The translations under genes were made by a program, and so were the position numbers. Positions 1 to 13,179 of a DNA stretch of 64,000 bases are shown one piece after another; position 1 is the first letter of the stretch; each line of letters begins with the position of its first letter. The stretch lies in NCBI RefSeq assembly GCF_963921235.1, contig NC_086108.1, positions 111,230,001 to 111,294,000 on the forward strand, read 5' to 3'. The notes under the pieces are model-generated. The model had not been told where the DNA came from and did not search any database. It saw nothing but the letters and a program-made list of their open reading frames with translations. The stretch is from Mobula hypostoma. Taxonomy: Eukaryota.

Positions 1-3000
1 TAGTAATCTCAGGGTTGCTGCCTGTGCCACGTGGTAGTGAGTGCAAGAATAGCATGATCAGGCATGTTAATGCATGGCTGAGAGACTGGTGTAGGGGGCA
101 GGGCTTCAGATTCCTGGATCATTGGGGCCTCTTCTGGGGGAGGTACGTCCTGTACAAAAAGAATGGGTTACACCTGAACCCAAAGGGGTCCAATATCCTA
201 GCAGGCAGGTTTAATAGAGCTGTTAGGGAGGGTTTAAACTAATTTGGCAGGGGGATAGGAACTGGAGTGATAGGGCTGAGGAAGGGGAAAACAGAAATAA
301 ATCAAAGATAGTGTGCAACAGAGATGATAGAAAGGACAGGCAGGAGATGAGGCATAATCACAGCCCGTGGGATGATTTACAGGGCAATAGAGGCGTGGTG
401 CAGTTAAAACAGAAAGCAACAAATACTGGACTGAAAGTATTTTATTTGAATGCACGCAGCATAAGAAATGAAATGGATGATCTTGAAATTCAGCTACAGA
501 TTGACAAGTATGACGTTTTGGCCATCTCTGACACTTGGCTAAAGGATGGCTGCCATTGGGAGTTGAACGCCCAAGGATATACGGTGTTTTGGAAAGATAG
601 GTTAATAAGTAGAGGGGATGGTGTGGCCCTGTGTATAAGAAATAATATTAAATCATTAGAAAGGGATGACATAGGATCAGAAGGTGTAGAGTCTCTATGG
701 GTTGAGTTAAGAAATGACAAGGGTAAAAGGACCCTAATGGCAGTTGTATACAGGCCTCCAAACAGCAGCCGGGATGTGGATTACAAATTACAGCAGGAGA
801 TGGAAAAGGCATGTCAGAAAGGCAATGTCATGGTAATTATTGTACATTTTAACATGAAAGTGGATTGGGAAAACCAGGCCAGTACTGGACCTCAAGAGAG
901 AGAATTTGTAGAATGTCTAAGGTATGGATTTTTAGAGCAGCTTGTTGTTGAGCCCACGAGGGGATCAGCTGTGCTGGAATGGGTGTTGTGCAATGATCCA
1001 GAGATGATAAGAGAGCTTAAGGTTAAGGAACCTTTAGGGAACAGTGATCACAACATGATCGAGTTCACTTTGAAATTTGAGAAGGAGAAACTAAATTCCA
1101 ATGTGTTGGTATTTCAGTGGAATAAAGGAAATTACAATGGCATGAGAGGGGAACTGGCCAAAGTTGACTGGAAAGGGACACTAGCAGGAAGGACAGCAGA
1201 GCAGCAATGGCTGGAGTTTCTGCGAAAAGTAAGGGAAATGCAAGACAGATACATTCCAAAAAAGAAAAATTTTTGAATGGAAGAAGGATACTTCCGTGGC
1301 TGACAAGTGAAGTCAGAGTCAAAGTAATAACAAAAGAGAGGGCATACAAGGAAGCCAAAGCTAGTGGGAAGATAGAGGATTGGGAAGCTTTTAAAAACTT
1401 GCAGAAGGGAACTAAGAAGGTCATTAGGAAGGAAAAAATGAATTATGAAAGGAAGCTGGCGACTAATATCAAAGAAGATAGTAAAAGCTTTTTTAAGTGT
1501 ACAAAAGGTAAAAGAGAGTCAAGGGTAGATATAGGACCAATAGAAAATGACGCTGGAGATATTGTAATGAGAGATGCAGAGATGGCAGAGGAACTGAATG
1601 AATATTTTGCATCAGTCTTCACAGTGGAAGACATCAGCAGTACACAGGACATTCAAGAGTGTCAGGGAAGTGAAGTATGTACAGTGAAAATTACGACTGA
1701 GAAGGTGCTCAGGAAGCTTAATGGTCTGAGGGTGGATAAATCTCCTGGACCTGATGGAATGCACCTTTGGGTTCTAAAGGAAGTAGCTGGAGAGATTGCG
1801 GAGGCATTAACAATGATCTTTCTAGAATCGATAGATTCTGGCATTGTACCAGATGACTGGAAAGTTACAAATGTTACTTCACTATTTAAGAAGGGTGAGA
1901 GGCAGAAGAATGGAAACTATAGACCTGTGAGACTGACATCAGTGGTTGGGCAGCTGTTGGAATCGATTGTTAGGGATGAGATTATGGAATACCTGGAGGC
2001 ACATGAAAAGATAGGCCAAAGCCAGCGTGGTTTCCTGAAAGAAAAATCCTGCCTGACTAACCTACTACAGTTCTTTTGAGGAAATTACAAGCAGGGTAGA
2101 GAAAGGAGTTGTAGTAGTTGTGGTGTACTTGGATTTTCAGAAGGCCTTTAACAAGGTGCTGCACATGAGGCTGCTTAGCAAGGTAAGAGCCCATGGAATT
2201 ACAGGGAAGTTACTAGCATGGGTGGAGCATTGGCTGGTCGGCAGAAAACAGAGAGTGGGAATAAAGGGATCCTATTCTGGCTGGATGCCAGTAACCTGTG
2301 GAGTTCCACAGGGGTCGGTGTTGGGACTGGTGCTATTTACAATATATATCAATGATCTGGACTATGGGATTAATGGACGTGGCTAAATTTGCCAATGATA
2401 CAAAGATAGGTGGAGGAGCAGGTAGTGTTGAGGAAACAGAGAGCCTGTGGAGAGACTTAGATAGTTTAGGGGAATGGACAAAGAAGTGGCAAATGAGATA
2501 CAATCTTGGGAAGCGTATGGTCATGCACTTTGGTGGAAGAAATAAACAGGCAGACAATTATTTAGATGGGGAGAGAATGCAGAGATGCAAAGGAATTGGG
2601 AGTCCCTGTTCAGGATACCCTAAAGTTTAACCTCCAGGTTGAGTCACTGGTGAAGATGGCAAATGCAATGTTGGCATTCATTTCTAGGGGTATAGGAGCA
2701 GGGATGTGATGTTGCGGCTCTATAAGGCACTTGTGAGACCACACTTGGAGTATTGTGTGCAGTTTTGGGCTCCTTATTTTAGAAAGGATATACTGACATT
2801 GGAGAGGGTTTAGAGAAGATTCACAAGAATGATTCCAGGAATGAGAGGGTTACAATATGAGGAATGTCTGGCAGCTCTTGGGCTGTATTCCCTGGAGTTC
2901 AGGAGAACGAGGGGGGGATCTCATAGAAATATTCCAAATATTAAAAGGCCTGAACAGATTAGATATGGCAAAGTTATTTCCCATGGTAGAGGAGTTTAGG

Positions 3001-3280
3001 ATAAGAGGACACGACTTCAGGATTGAAGGACATCCATTTAGAACAGAGATGTGGAGAAATGACTTTAGTCAGAGGGTGGTAAATCTGTGGAATTTGTTGC
3101 CAAGAGTGGCTACGGAGGCCAACTCATTGGGTACATGTAAGGCAGATATTTAGCCAGGGCATCAAAGGGTATGGGGATATCTGGAAGAATTGGATCAGCA
3201 CATGATTGAATGGTGGAGCAGACTCAATGGGCCGAATGGCCTACTTCTGCTCCTATATCTTATGATCTTATGGTCTTATG
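1..3280 (+). mobile_element. CR1-clade LINE, degraded near full-length copy (ORF1 esterase C-terminus, ORF2 APE endonuclease + RT)
   Basis: ORF1 end 'GFRFLDHWGLFWGR...GLHLNPKG' (15-242). EN motifs 'YLNARSI', 'VYRPP', 'LGNSDHNMI'; RT motifs 'KSPGPDG', 'YLDFQKAF', 'GVPQGSVLG', 'KFANDTK'. Several frameshifts and stops; CR1-type (TCTTATGG)n tail at ~3258-3280. Confidence 0.93.
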
Positions 3281-3424
3281 TTCTATTCAGTGTATTAAGG
3301 GAAATACTAAAGTAAAAAAACAGTATTCCTGAAGGTTTAGTGGGACCAAGTTCTGAAGTATCCATATGGATTGAAGATATTTACGCTAGAGCTACACTTG
3401 ACACCGTCCTCAAGTTACTTTACA
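3281..3424 (+). mobile_element. Gypsy aspartic-protease N-terminal fragment (inverted relative to its gag)
   Basis: Translates 'IPEGLVGPSSEVSIWIEDIYARATLDT' followed by a frameshifted 'SQVTL', i.e. the retropepsin LDTG-SQVT motif. Confidence 0.75.
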
Positions 3425-3540
3425 TCTGTCTTGCACTTCCCTCATTTTTCGCAGAAACTCCAGCCATTGCTGCTCTGCTGTCCTTCCTGCTCGTCTCCCT
3501 TTCCAGTCAACCTTGGCCAGTTCCCCTCTCATGCCATTCT
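3424..3540 (-). mobile_element. Short CR1 fragment
   Basis: Reverse complement aligns by eye to 1137-1252 of the first CR1, with about 7 differences in ~116 nt. Confidence 0.85.
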
Positions 3541-5342
3541 ATATCCTCTCTAAGACACCAGTCCGTTCCCTTACTTGGTCTTTCAGTAGTTTTGCTTCTT
3601 TTCTTTTCTGTTTGATTAACCGCTGACTTACTTTTCAAAGATTTTCCTGTCCCTCACAGTTTCACCTGAAGTACCCATCTTCTCCACAGTGGTAACAGAA
3701 AATACTGGTCTTTTCTCTACTCGAGAGACCCTTTTCAACAGCACTTCTCTGCATCCTAACTCCTACAGGTGGGTTGGGTTTCCCAACAGACGTGTCACAT
3801 TTAGGTGAAGCATTAGCAGACATCCATCGATTCAGCTCAACTCGAAGGTTTTTCACCTCACTCTTCAAAAGCTCTATCGTCCTGGCAGCAGGGGTCACAT
3901 TAGCAGCTGAGGCTACCACTGAAGATCTTACTTGGCTTTTGAAAATGTTCCACTTCTCAATCATGTTTTCCTCCTCTCTAACTTCTCAGAGTAACTCGGT
4001 AAAAGATGGAGGAAGGTGCATCTTGTGGGTTATTCGAATATGTAGAGCAATCACGTCACGTGACAGCGTGCCCTTCACAACTTGCTCCATCCTCAAGCAA
4101 TTTCTCTCAGACAGTTGAATGTCCCCTAGCACAAACAGTAGCAGTTTCTCCAACATGAAGAGGTCGACAGACAGCTTACCCCCTTCCTCCTGGAATGTGT
4201 GTCCAATCTTCATCATTAGATCAGCTGAATGTCCAGTCGCACCAAAAGCATCTTACAGAGTTTGCAGTAATTGGCTGATGTAGCTAATGCGTTTCCTGCC
4301 TTTTGGAACTTCACTATACCAGCTGCTGGACCCTTTAATCTCTCCACCAGTCTCTGTTTTTTCATGTTATCTGAGCTCTGCCATTCATCCAGTGACTGAG
4401 ATGTCTGCTCCGCCCAAACCTCATATTCGCCTTCCCCATCGGGTGTGCGTTTGACCCCAGAGAACACTCCCAGCCTACAATAACTGGCTGTCTGCAGCCA
4501 CACTTCGGCATGTATCAACCAGTGATGTAATAGCCGAAAACAGCTCAGAACTTAAATCAATAGCAGTAGGACTTATTAGACTTCTCACATCAGATAACTC
4601 ATTTCATTTCTCTCACTTCGCAGAAACGAGAATAACTTGTCTTTAAAGTCTTCACCCTCAGCTACGTTGGCCTCTTCCCTAAAAATATGAACTGCCCAGA
4701 TCCCCGCCTCTGCAGGTGCCCTTATCCTATCAGGCAGTGCAACTTCAGTCACATCACTGGTAGTCTGGACTAATACAACACCCTTACCAGCTGATTGGTC
4801 AAAATAGCGTCTAATCAGCTTAACTTTCCCCAATACTTTTACTGAGCTCTGCACTCTAAGTAGCAGTTCCTCAGGGATTTGAATATCCACCCTGCTCAGA
4901 ACACATGGATTATGTGTGAATAACCACTTCGAATTGCACCAAACCTTAATCCCCGTGGCATCCTTAATAACATACCTTAATTGTGACACAACACACATCA
5001 AAGTTGCTGGTGAACGCAGCAGGCCAGGCAGCATCTCTAGGAAGAGGTACAGTCGATGTTTCGGGCCGAGATCCTTCGTCCTGATGAAGGGTCTCGACCC
5101 GAAACGTCGACTGTACCTCGTCCTAGAGATGCTGCCTGGCCTGCTGCGTTCACCAGCAACTTTGATGTGTGTTGCTTGAATTTCCAGCATCTACAGAATT
5201 GCTCGTGTTTGCATTAATTATGACACATATTACTTTCCACAAACACTAGTTTAAACAGTGGCTTAAACATATAAATAAACTGCTTAATCAATCCTTATAC
5301 AGCATTCACACAGCACCCAAGTCTGGATGCGCACCCCACAAA
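3541..5342 (-). mobile_element. Ty3/Gypsy internal region: degenerate PBS and PNMA/Ma-like gag pseudogene
   Basis: Minus-strand frames give PNMA-like 'DATGIKVWC...IPEELLLRV', 'YCRLGVFSG..TPDGEGEYEVWAEQT', 'KKQRLVERLKGPA', 'PPSFTELL' and the zinc knuckle 'CYHCGEDGYFR*NC'. Sequence at 5338-5321 reads TGGGGTGCGCATCCAGAC, resembling a tRNA-Pro PBS (TGGGGGCTCGTCCGGGAT). Confidence 0.85.
4991..5213. mobile_element. Palindromic Penelope-like-derived non-autonomous element with minimal hammerhead core
   Basis: Near-perfect inverted repeat ~4989-5174. CTGATGA (5081-5087), stem GGGTC/GACCC and GAAACGTC (5101-5108). Flanked by a 14-bp TSD with 1 mismatch: TTAATTGTGACACA (4977-4990) and TTAATTATGACACA (5214-5227). 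Confidence 0.8.
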
Positions 5343-6174
5343 TGTAACCCTCTTACTGGCTCGTATACAAACCTGGTTCATTAGCTAACTCTGCTAACAG
5401 CCACCTGACTCAGCAGTAAGAAGGCCACCTTAATGTACATAAGCAATGTACATCTAGGGTCGGTATGATTTGGGATTCAATCAAACAAGGAAGTTAGGAT
5501 GTTCTGGGTAAGGAACATTGATTGTAGCGAATGCTGTGTAAATATTGTCCCATGCACAATGATCAGTTGCCAAGAAATGTAGATAAACTTCTAAAGAGAG
5601 TATATTTACCAATTTTTCAACTTTATTTAACAGTTAACAGAAAAGGAAAATAAAAATAAAAGGCCCATTACAGTTAAACCAGTCTAAATATGCACATAAT
5701 CATTGGAGCTCGTTTCTGTAATAGTCGGGAGTAACGCTCTACTCATGCACTGAACCAATGATTTACGTGAAGGACTCCAGCTACAGTTTGAACTTCCCTC
5801 GAAGGCCATCTTGAATGAACTGGCTAACTCAGGAGAATTGGCACTTCCTCCTTGGAACCATTCATCTGCAGAAAACACTTCTTACAGCGGGGTCTCTCCT
5901 TCGAGAGGCATTCTGCATCTTCCCTGTGCCCCGCTCGGCAGCTCCCACCGAAAGACCCCAAACCAGCTTACTGACCTTCAGAAACCCGAGTTACAACATG
6001 TACCCAGACAATACCTAAGTTGGACAACATGGCTCCTTATCTTTAGCTGAAGCCAAAACACTCTTACTAGTAGGATATACTGTTTTTTTAAAATTTCAAA
6101 ATACACTGTTGCAGAAAACTGCTAAATAATAGAATCCTCAGCATAGCAGTGGAAATCTTAACCAGGGCATTACA
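5343..6174 (-). mobile_element. 5' LTR of the Gypsy element (832 bp)
   Basis: TGTAA...TTACA inverted termini, minus-strand AATAAA at 5622-5627, and directly adjacent to the PBS-like motif and gag. Confidence 0.75.
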
Positions 6175-6510
6175 TTGACACAATTGAATTTATCTTCTCC
6201 CTCTCAGACTGCAGGGAGAATTCTTCTTTCAAATCTTTTTATTGTTATATTATACAAAAGAAATAACATGAGTACATTGAAGTAATAACACTTACAATGT
6301 CTCAAAAAAGACATTATCTTAAAGATTGAAAAATCTGTGGTAACAAAAAAAACCTATTAAGCAGAAAAAGTGAGGAAAAAAACCCCATTAGGTGTACAAC
6401 CCCGTAGCCATGCGTCATACAAAAAGCTTCTAAAAATGAACATCAAACCACCGCAAGAAAAGAAAATATACCAAAAAATTTACAATTAGATCGTGGAAAA
6501 AATCTATCAA

Positions 6511-9500
6511 TTAGCTCAAATGATAATAACGAGCAAATGAGCCCCATCTTTTCTCAAAATCAAATAAAGGTTCAAAGGTTCGACTTCTAACTTTCTCCAA
6601 ACTAAGACATCGCATCACTTGAGAGAACCATTGTGACAAAGTGGGAGCTGATGTATCCTTCTACTTCAACAAAATGGCCCTCCTAGCCATCAATGTAACA
6701 AATGCAATAACGTGCTGGTCAGATACAGAAATACCATGAATATTTTGAGGAATTATTCCAAAAAACAGTTAATTTATTAGGTTGTAGATTAATTTTAAGC
6801 GCTTTAGAAATCGTTGAACAAACTGACTTCCAGAACTTTTCCAATATAGAACAAGACCAAAACATATGTGTCAGTGTAGCTATCTCAGTTTTACATCTAT
6901 CACAATAACTATCAACATTAGAAAAGATTTTAGAAAGTCTCTCCTTTGTCAAATGATAACGATGTACAATTTTAAATTGAATCAATGAATGGCTTGCACA
7001 AATTGAAGAAGAGTTAACCAGCTTCAAAATCCGCATCCAATCCTCCGTCATAAAAGTCAAATTGAGTTCCTTTTCCCAATCCTGTTTAATCTTAGATAAA
7101 GGATGCTTATCCCATTGTAATAATAAATTATAAATTCTTCCAATAGAACCCTTGATCGAAGGATTCATACTCATAATGGTATCTAACAGGTCAGCCTCCA
7201 ATAAGTAAGGAAAATTACTTGAATATTTTTGTAAAAAAGGTCTAACTTGAAGGTATTGCAGAAAGTGTGAGTATGAAAGAGAATATTTATCAATTAATTG
7301 TTCAAAAGACATCAATCTATCTTCTTTAAATAAATCCAAAAAAGAATTATTACCTTTGTTTTTCCAAAGTAAAAAAATTGGATCACTCAAAGAAGACTTA
7401 AAAAAGTAATTTCAATAAATTAAACTACAAAGTTTAAATTTTTTAAGATACCAAATAATTGCGGAACTGGAGCCAAATTTGTAAAGAATACATAATCACA
7501 GGATATAGGTTTAAATTAACAACTTTAGCTAATTGTATAGGTAAAGCAGCTCCCAATAATGAGGTTAAATAAAACTGTTTTATAACTTTCAGTTCCAGGT
7601 CTACCCAACTTGGCCGATCACTCTTATCAACCCAATATAACCAAAAAGACATGTATCGCACATTAACAGCCCAGTAATACATTCTTAGATTAGGTAAAGC
7701 AAGACCTCCATCCTTTTTCAATTTTTGTAAGTGTAATTCTTGGTCTTTTATTATTCCAAATAAAAGCTAAAATAATAGAATCAATCCAATCCAAAAACTT
7801 CCTAGTCAAAAAAACAGGGATATTCTGAAATAAATATAAGAATTTTGGTAAGATCATCATTTTAACTATATGGATACGACCGACAAGTGAAAATGTAAGT
7901 GGACTCCATCTACTAAATAAATACTTCATAGAGTCTACTAAAGGAACAAAGTTGGCTTTATAAAGATCCTTATATTTTTTAGTAATTATAATACCTAAAT
8001 ATCTAAAAAGAATTCGTGACTTTAAAGGGAGTATTATCATATATAGAGACAGAATCATTTAAAGGAAACAATTCACTTTTACTAAAATTTATTTTATATC
8101 CTGAAAAATCTCCAATTTCATTAAATAATTTTAGCAAGGCAGGAAGAGATTCGTCAGGATTAGATATATAAACCAATAAATCGTCAGCGTAAAGAGAGAT
8201 CTTATGCATGGTCTCATTCACAAAAATCCCGTGGATATTTTCAGCCTCACGAAGAGCAATAGCAAAGGGTTCTAATATTAAATTAAACAACAAAGGACTT
8301 AATGGACAACCTTGCCTTGTCCCCTGTGAAAGCTGAAAAAAAGGAGACCTACAATTGTTAGTGACAACAGTAGCAATAGGGGCTTTATATATCATTTTAA
8401 TCCAATTATTAAAATGAGCACCAAAGTCAAATTTCTCTAAAACATTAAATAAATATTTCCATTCGACTCGATCGAATGCTTTTTCAGCATTGAAAGATAT
8501 AACACATTGTGGAGTTTTAAAAGAGGACGAATATATATTAAATAGTCTCCGAACATTTGAAAAAGAATAGCGACCCTTTATAAAGCCTGTTTGATCTTTA
8601 AAAATAATTTTACCCAAAATATTCTCCAACAGATTGGCCATTGTCTTTGACAGGATCTTAGCGTCGACATTCAGTAATGAAATAGGTTTATATGAAGCAC
8701 AGTCAGTGGGATCTTTATCTTTTTTAAGAATTAAAGCAATAGAAGCCTCATAAAAAGTAGAGGGTAAGTCACCTTTCAAAAAGAATCCTTAAACATTTCC
8801 AACATACACGAAGAAAGCAACTTTCCAAATTTTTTATGAAATTCTACAGGATAACCATCAAGTCCCGGGAACTTACCAGATTGCATTGAAAAAATAGCTT
8901 TATGAATTTCGGCTTCAGTGATTTGAGCATCAAGAGTTTTTTGATCCTCAGCCGAGATTTTAGGAAAAACAATCTTTTGTAAAAAAGCATTCATTCCAGA
9001 GGAATCTAACGGACATTGAGATTTATAAAGTTCAGCATAAAAATCTTGAAAAATCTTATTAATTTCTTCATATTCCTGAGCCAAGGTACCATCTTTCTCC
9101 AAACATATAAAATTGGCTCTTTAACTTAAGCAAATATCCTTCAATGGGATGAGTTAATAACAGGTTATATTGTGATTGAAGCTCCACCTTTTATTTAAAT
9201 AAATCAATATTGGGGGAAATTGCATAGATATTATCTAAATCTTTAATTTGTTTTGAAATTCTATCTGATTCTGCTTTAGTCTGTTTTTTAAGTTTAGCTG
9301 AATAAGAAATAATCTGACCGCGTAAAGATGCTTTAAATGTATCCCATATAATTAATTTAGACATACCCCTATATCATTAAAAAGAAAAAAATTATTTTAT
9401 CTGGGTTTCAATGAAACTGACAAAGTCAGAGTTTTGCAATAATGTCTGAGACATGCGCCATGGTGGGCGGGCAAGAATGACATCATCAGATTCAAAAGAC

Positions 9501-10203
9501 AAGCTCAGAGGCGCATGATCAGATATAGCAATAGCGTCATATTCACAGTTTTTAACATTAGGCAAGAAGTGGGGATCGATTATAATATAATCGATCCTCG
9601 AATATTTTTTATAAACAAGTGAGAAAAAAGTATATTCTCTGTTATCGAGATGGAGTTACCTCCACAAATCAACCAACCCAAATTCAATCAAAAAGGAATT
9701 AATAAATGACGCGGAACAATTTGGAAGTCGCTGAATAGTTGAGCTCTTATCAATCATAGGATTTAAGCAGCATTTAAAATCCCTGCCCATTATCAGCATA
9801 TATTCATTTAAATCAGGCAGTAAAGTAAATACCTTTTTAAAAAAAGAAGGATCATCTAAGTTAGGACCATACAAATGAACCAAAACAACTTTTTTGTTAC
9901 AGATTGCTCCTTTAACAATTAAAAATCGACCATTAGAATCTGCTTCAATATCCTCTTGAATAAATATATTAGATTTAATAAAAATAGACACGCCTTTTGT
10001 TTTACTCTGAGAAGTAGAGTGGAATTGCAAACCATTCCACCACCCAAAAATCTATTTTGATCTCCCGCCCTGATATGTTTCTCTTGAGCAAAAATTATAT
10101 CAGGTTGGAATCAGTTAATAATTTTAAAAGTCTTTTTTCGTTTAATAGGATGATTCCAACCACGTACATTCCAACTTATTATATTAATCCATTTAAATAC
10201 CAT
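6511..10203 (-). pseudogene. L1 ORF2 (APE endonuclease, RT, C-terminal CCHC), disrupted
   Basis: 'ISWNVRG', 'NGRFLIV', 'LYGPN', 'YKPISLLN', 'AEKAFDRVEW', 'QGCPLSPLLF', 'LYADD' and 'CDRCKTEIATLTHMFWSC' across several frameshifted ORFs; TAA at 6511-6513. Confidence 0.9.
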
Positions 10204-11056
10204 ACTATAATTTTATTCTACTTTATACATGCGCAGAGCACATACCAATACAAGATGATCAAAAATGGCAGCGATGAAGAATACAACCAGATAGAAAATA
10301 CGCATGCTCCAGAACCACCCAATGGAAAAAAGCCCCCAACTCTAATCCCACCCCCTTCCCGAAAACCCAAGAAAAAGGCAAGCAATCTAGGATAGAGTTC
10401 AAAGCCACTGACCACTCCGTCTGTATTTTCTTTCCCTCCCCCCAGTTAGTAAAAAGAGTAGAACAACCTTGTAAAAAAGACAATAAAGTCTCAGCAAAGA
10501 AAAGCATTTACATTCCATCATCTAATAAACAAGAAAGAACCAAAATAATGTTATCTCTTAGAGAGAAAAACCAGTGCCATCTTTAAGTTTAACATTAACT
10601 CCCTAAAAAAACTTTAAATTCAATTATAAAATGTTATCACAAAACAGAAAAAAATTAATAGTATATTTGATCCAGCTGAATTTTCAAAAATACTAATTAA
10701 TAATATCATAAGTAATTAAACCCTCCCAAATATATATATATATAAAGCCCTATTAGTAGGAAAAAACTACCAATTAGCTGATTAAAAAAAGAAACAAAAA
10801 AACTCAAACCAAGTATTAAATTAAAGGAACAAATCCCCTTATCTTCTTTTCTCAGTCAAATGTTCAGATAATCATTTAGATAGTCATACTTGAGCCATAA
10901 ATCTTCTTTCCAAAGGAAAACCAACAATATGCAATAATGAACAACTCTCCTTGTCTTCTTTAATTAGTCTCTCAATGAAATATACAAATGACCTTCATAA
11001 ATCTTCTTTCAAAAATGCGAATAGTATACAGTTAGCCAAACAACCTTTCAGATAGT

Positions 11057-13179
11057 TCATTCAGCAGCGGCGTCAGTAACAGCGACGGGTATAGCCTGAA
11101 CAAAGTCCAGTGCAGCTTTTGGATCAAAAAAAGTACGAGGAGAGGAATTAGCAGGAAAAACTTTAATTCTTGTTGGATACCTCAGAGCGGGAAACAGTTT
11201 CTTATCATATGCCTGTTTTATTACCAGGGCAAATTTTGATTTTGTTCCATTATCTCTCTCGGGTAATCTTCGTAAAAACGGAGCTCAGACTCCATGAATC
11301 TAAAAACTGTCTGTTTTCTTGCCTGTCGCATTATTTGATCTTTAATTTTAAAGTGATGAAAGCAGACCAGAACAGATCTTGGTTTACTAGAATCCTTCAA
11401 TTTCGAAGTAAACGCCCTGTGTACCCTTTCTATAGCAAGCGGCTGTGATAAAATGGTTGGAAATAAAGTGTGGAAAAGCTTACCAAAGTAAGCCGTTAGA
11501 TCTCCATCTTCAGCTCCTTCTTGCGGCCCAACAATTCGTATATTCTTTTGGCGAGACCTAGTTTCCAGGTCTATAATCTTATTTTGATATCTTTCCAAAC
11601 AAGTTGTAGCTTCAGACAACTTTAGCTTAGTTATCTTCAATTCCTCTTCATGTGTAATAACTTGAGTTTCCAGGTCTTTAGGTTTTCCCAGAAATGATTT
11701 CACTTCATTACTATTCTTTTCCAGTTGGTCTTTAATTGATCCATTCTGATCTTTAATTCTTAAAGGAAAATCCTGCCTGACAAACCTATTACAATTTTTT
11801 GAGGAAATTACCAGTAGGCTAGACAAGGGAGATGCAGTGGATGTTGTATATTTGGATTTTCAGAAGCCTTTGACAAGGTGCCACACATGAGGCTACTTAA
11901 CAAGATAAGAGCCCATGGAATTACGGGAGAGTTACATACGTGGATAGAGCGTTGGCTGATTGGCAGGAAACAGAGAGTGGGAATAAAGGGATCCTATTCT
12001 GGTTGGCTGCCGGTTACCAGTGGTGTTCCACAGGGGTCCGTGTTGGGGCCGCTTCTTTTTACATTGTACATCAACGATTTGGATTATGGAATAGATGGCT
12101 TTGTGGCTAAATTTGCTGACAATACGAAGATAGGTGGAGGGGCCAGTAGTGCTGAGGAAACGGAGAGTCTGCAGAGAGACTTGGATAGATTAGAAGAATG
12201 GGCAGAGAAGTGGCAAATGAAGTAAAATGTTGGAAAGTGTATGGTTATGCACTTTGGCAGAAAAAATAAACGGGCAGACTATTATTTAAATGGGGAAAGA
12301 ATTCAAAGTTCTGAGATGCAACAGGACTTGGGAGTCCTCGTACGGGATATCCTTAAAGTTAACCTCCAGATTGAGTCAGTAGTGAAGAAGGCGAATGCAA
12401 TGTTGGCATTCATTTCTAGAGGAATAGAGTATAGGAGCAGGGATGTGATGTTGAGGCTCTATAAGGCGCTGGTGAGACCTCACTTGGAGTACTGTGGGCA
12501 GTTTTGGTCTCCTTATTTAAAAAAGGATGTGCTGACGTTGGAGAGGGTACAGAGAAGATTCACTAGAATGATTCCAGGAATGAGAGGGTTAACATATGAG
12601 GAATGTTTGTCTGCTCTTGGACTGTATTCCTTGGAGTTTAGAAGAATGAGGGGAGACCTCATAGAAACATTTCGAATGTTAAAAGGCATGGACAGAGTGG
12701 ATGTTGCAAAGTTGTTTCCCATGATGGGGGAGTCTAGTACGAGAGGGTATGACTTAAGGATTGAAGGGCGCCCTTTCAGAACAGAAATGCGAAGAAATTT
12801 TTTTAGTCAGAGGGTAGTGAATCTATGGAATTTGTTGCCATGGGCAACAGTGGAGGCCAAGTCATTGGGTGTATTTAAGGCAGAGATTGATAGGTATCTG
12901 AGTAGCCAGGGCATCAAAGGTTATGGTAAGAAGGCGGGGGAGTGGGACTAAATAGGAGAATGGATCAGCTCATGATAAAATGGCGGAGCAGACTCAATGG
13001 GCCGAATAGCCTACTTCTGCTCCTTTGTCTTATGGTCTTATGGTCTTAATTGAATTCAGTGTCCGAATGATATCTTCAGCCCACGATGGCATTTCATCAG
13101 ATCTTTCCTTTTACACTTTTCCTTTCCCATTACCTTTATCACTGGGTTCAGGTAAATTCTTCCCACTTCTCGTAGACAT
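11057..13179 (-). pseudogene. L1 ORF1 (coiled-coil + Transposase_22/RRM type), split by CR1 and with an internal stop
   Basis: ATG at 13179 gives 'MSTRSGKNLPEP...IIRTLNSIK', which rejoins in frame to 'DQNGSIKDQLEK...DLETRSRQKNIRIVG...IERVHRA...RFYEDYP' once 11759-13051 is removed. Confidence 0.85.
11759..13045 (+). mobile_element. 5'-truncated CR1 LINE inserted in L1 ORF1
   Basis: RT motifs '[10 protein letters not shown]', 'KFADNTK', '[12 protein letters not shown]'; (TCTTATGG)n tail; TSD TTAATT at 11753-11758 and 13046-13051. Same family as 1-3280. Confidence 0.93.

Noticed and set aside
3424..3540. CR1 stub as the continuation of the old host CR1 at 6175-6224
   Set aside because: Although positionally consecutive, it is ~94% like the young CR1 family, while the host copy is far more diverged.
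3541..4965. Domesticated PNMA/MOAP1-like host gene
   Set aside because: Multiple stops and frameshifts, no ATG at the expected start, and an attached LTR and PBS show it is a decayed retrotransposon gag.
4585..5190. 201-aa ORF as a real protein
   Set aside because: Chimera of the palindromic insertion and the gag N-terminus.
11221..11826. 201-aa ORF as an intact gene
   Set aside because: Its N-terminus is antisense CR1 sequence fused to the interrupted L1 ORF1.
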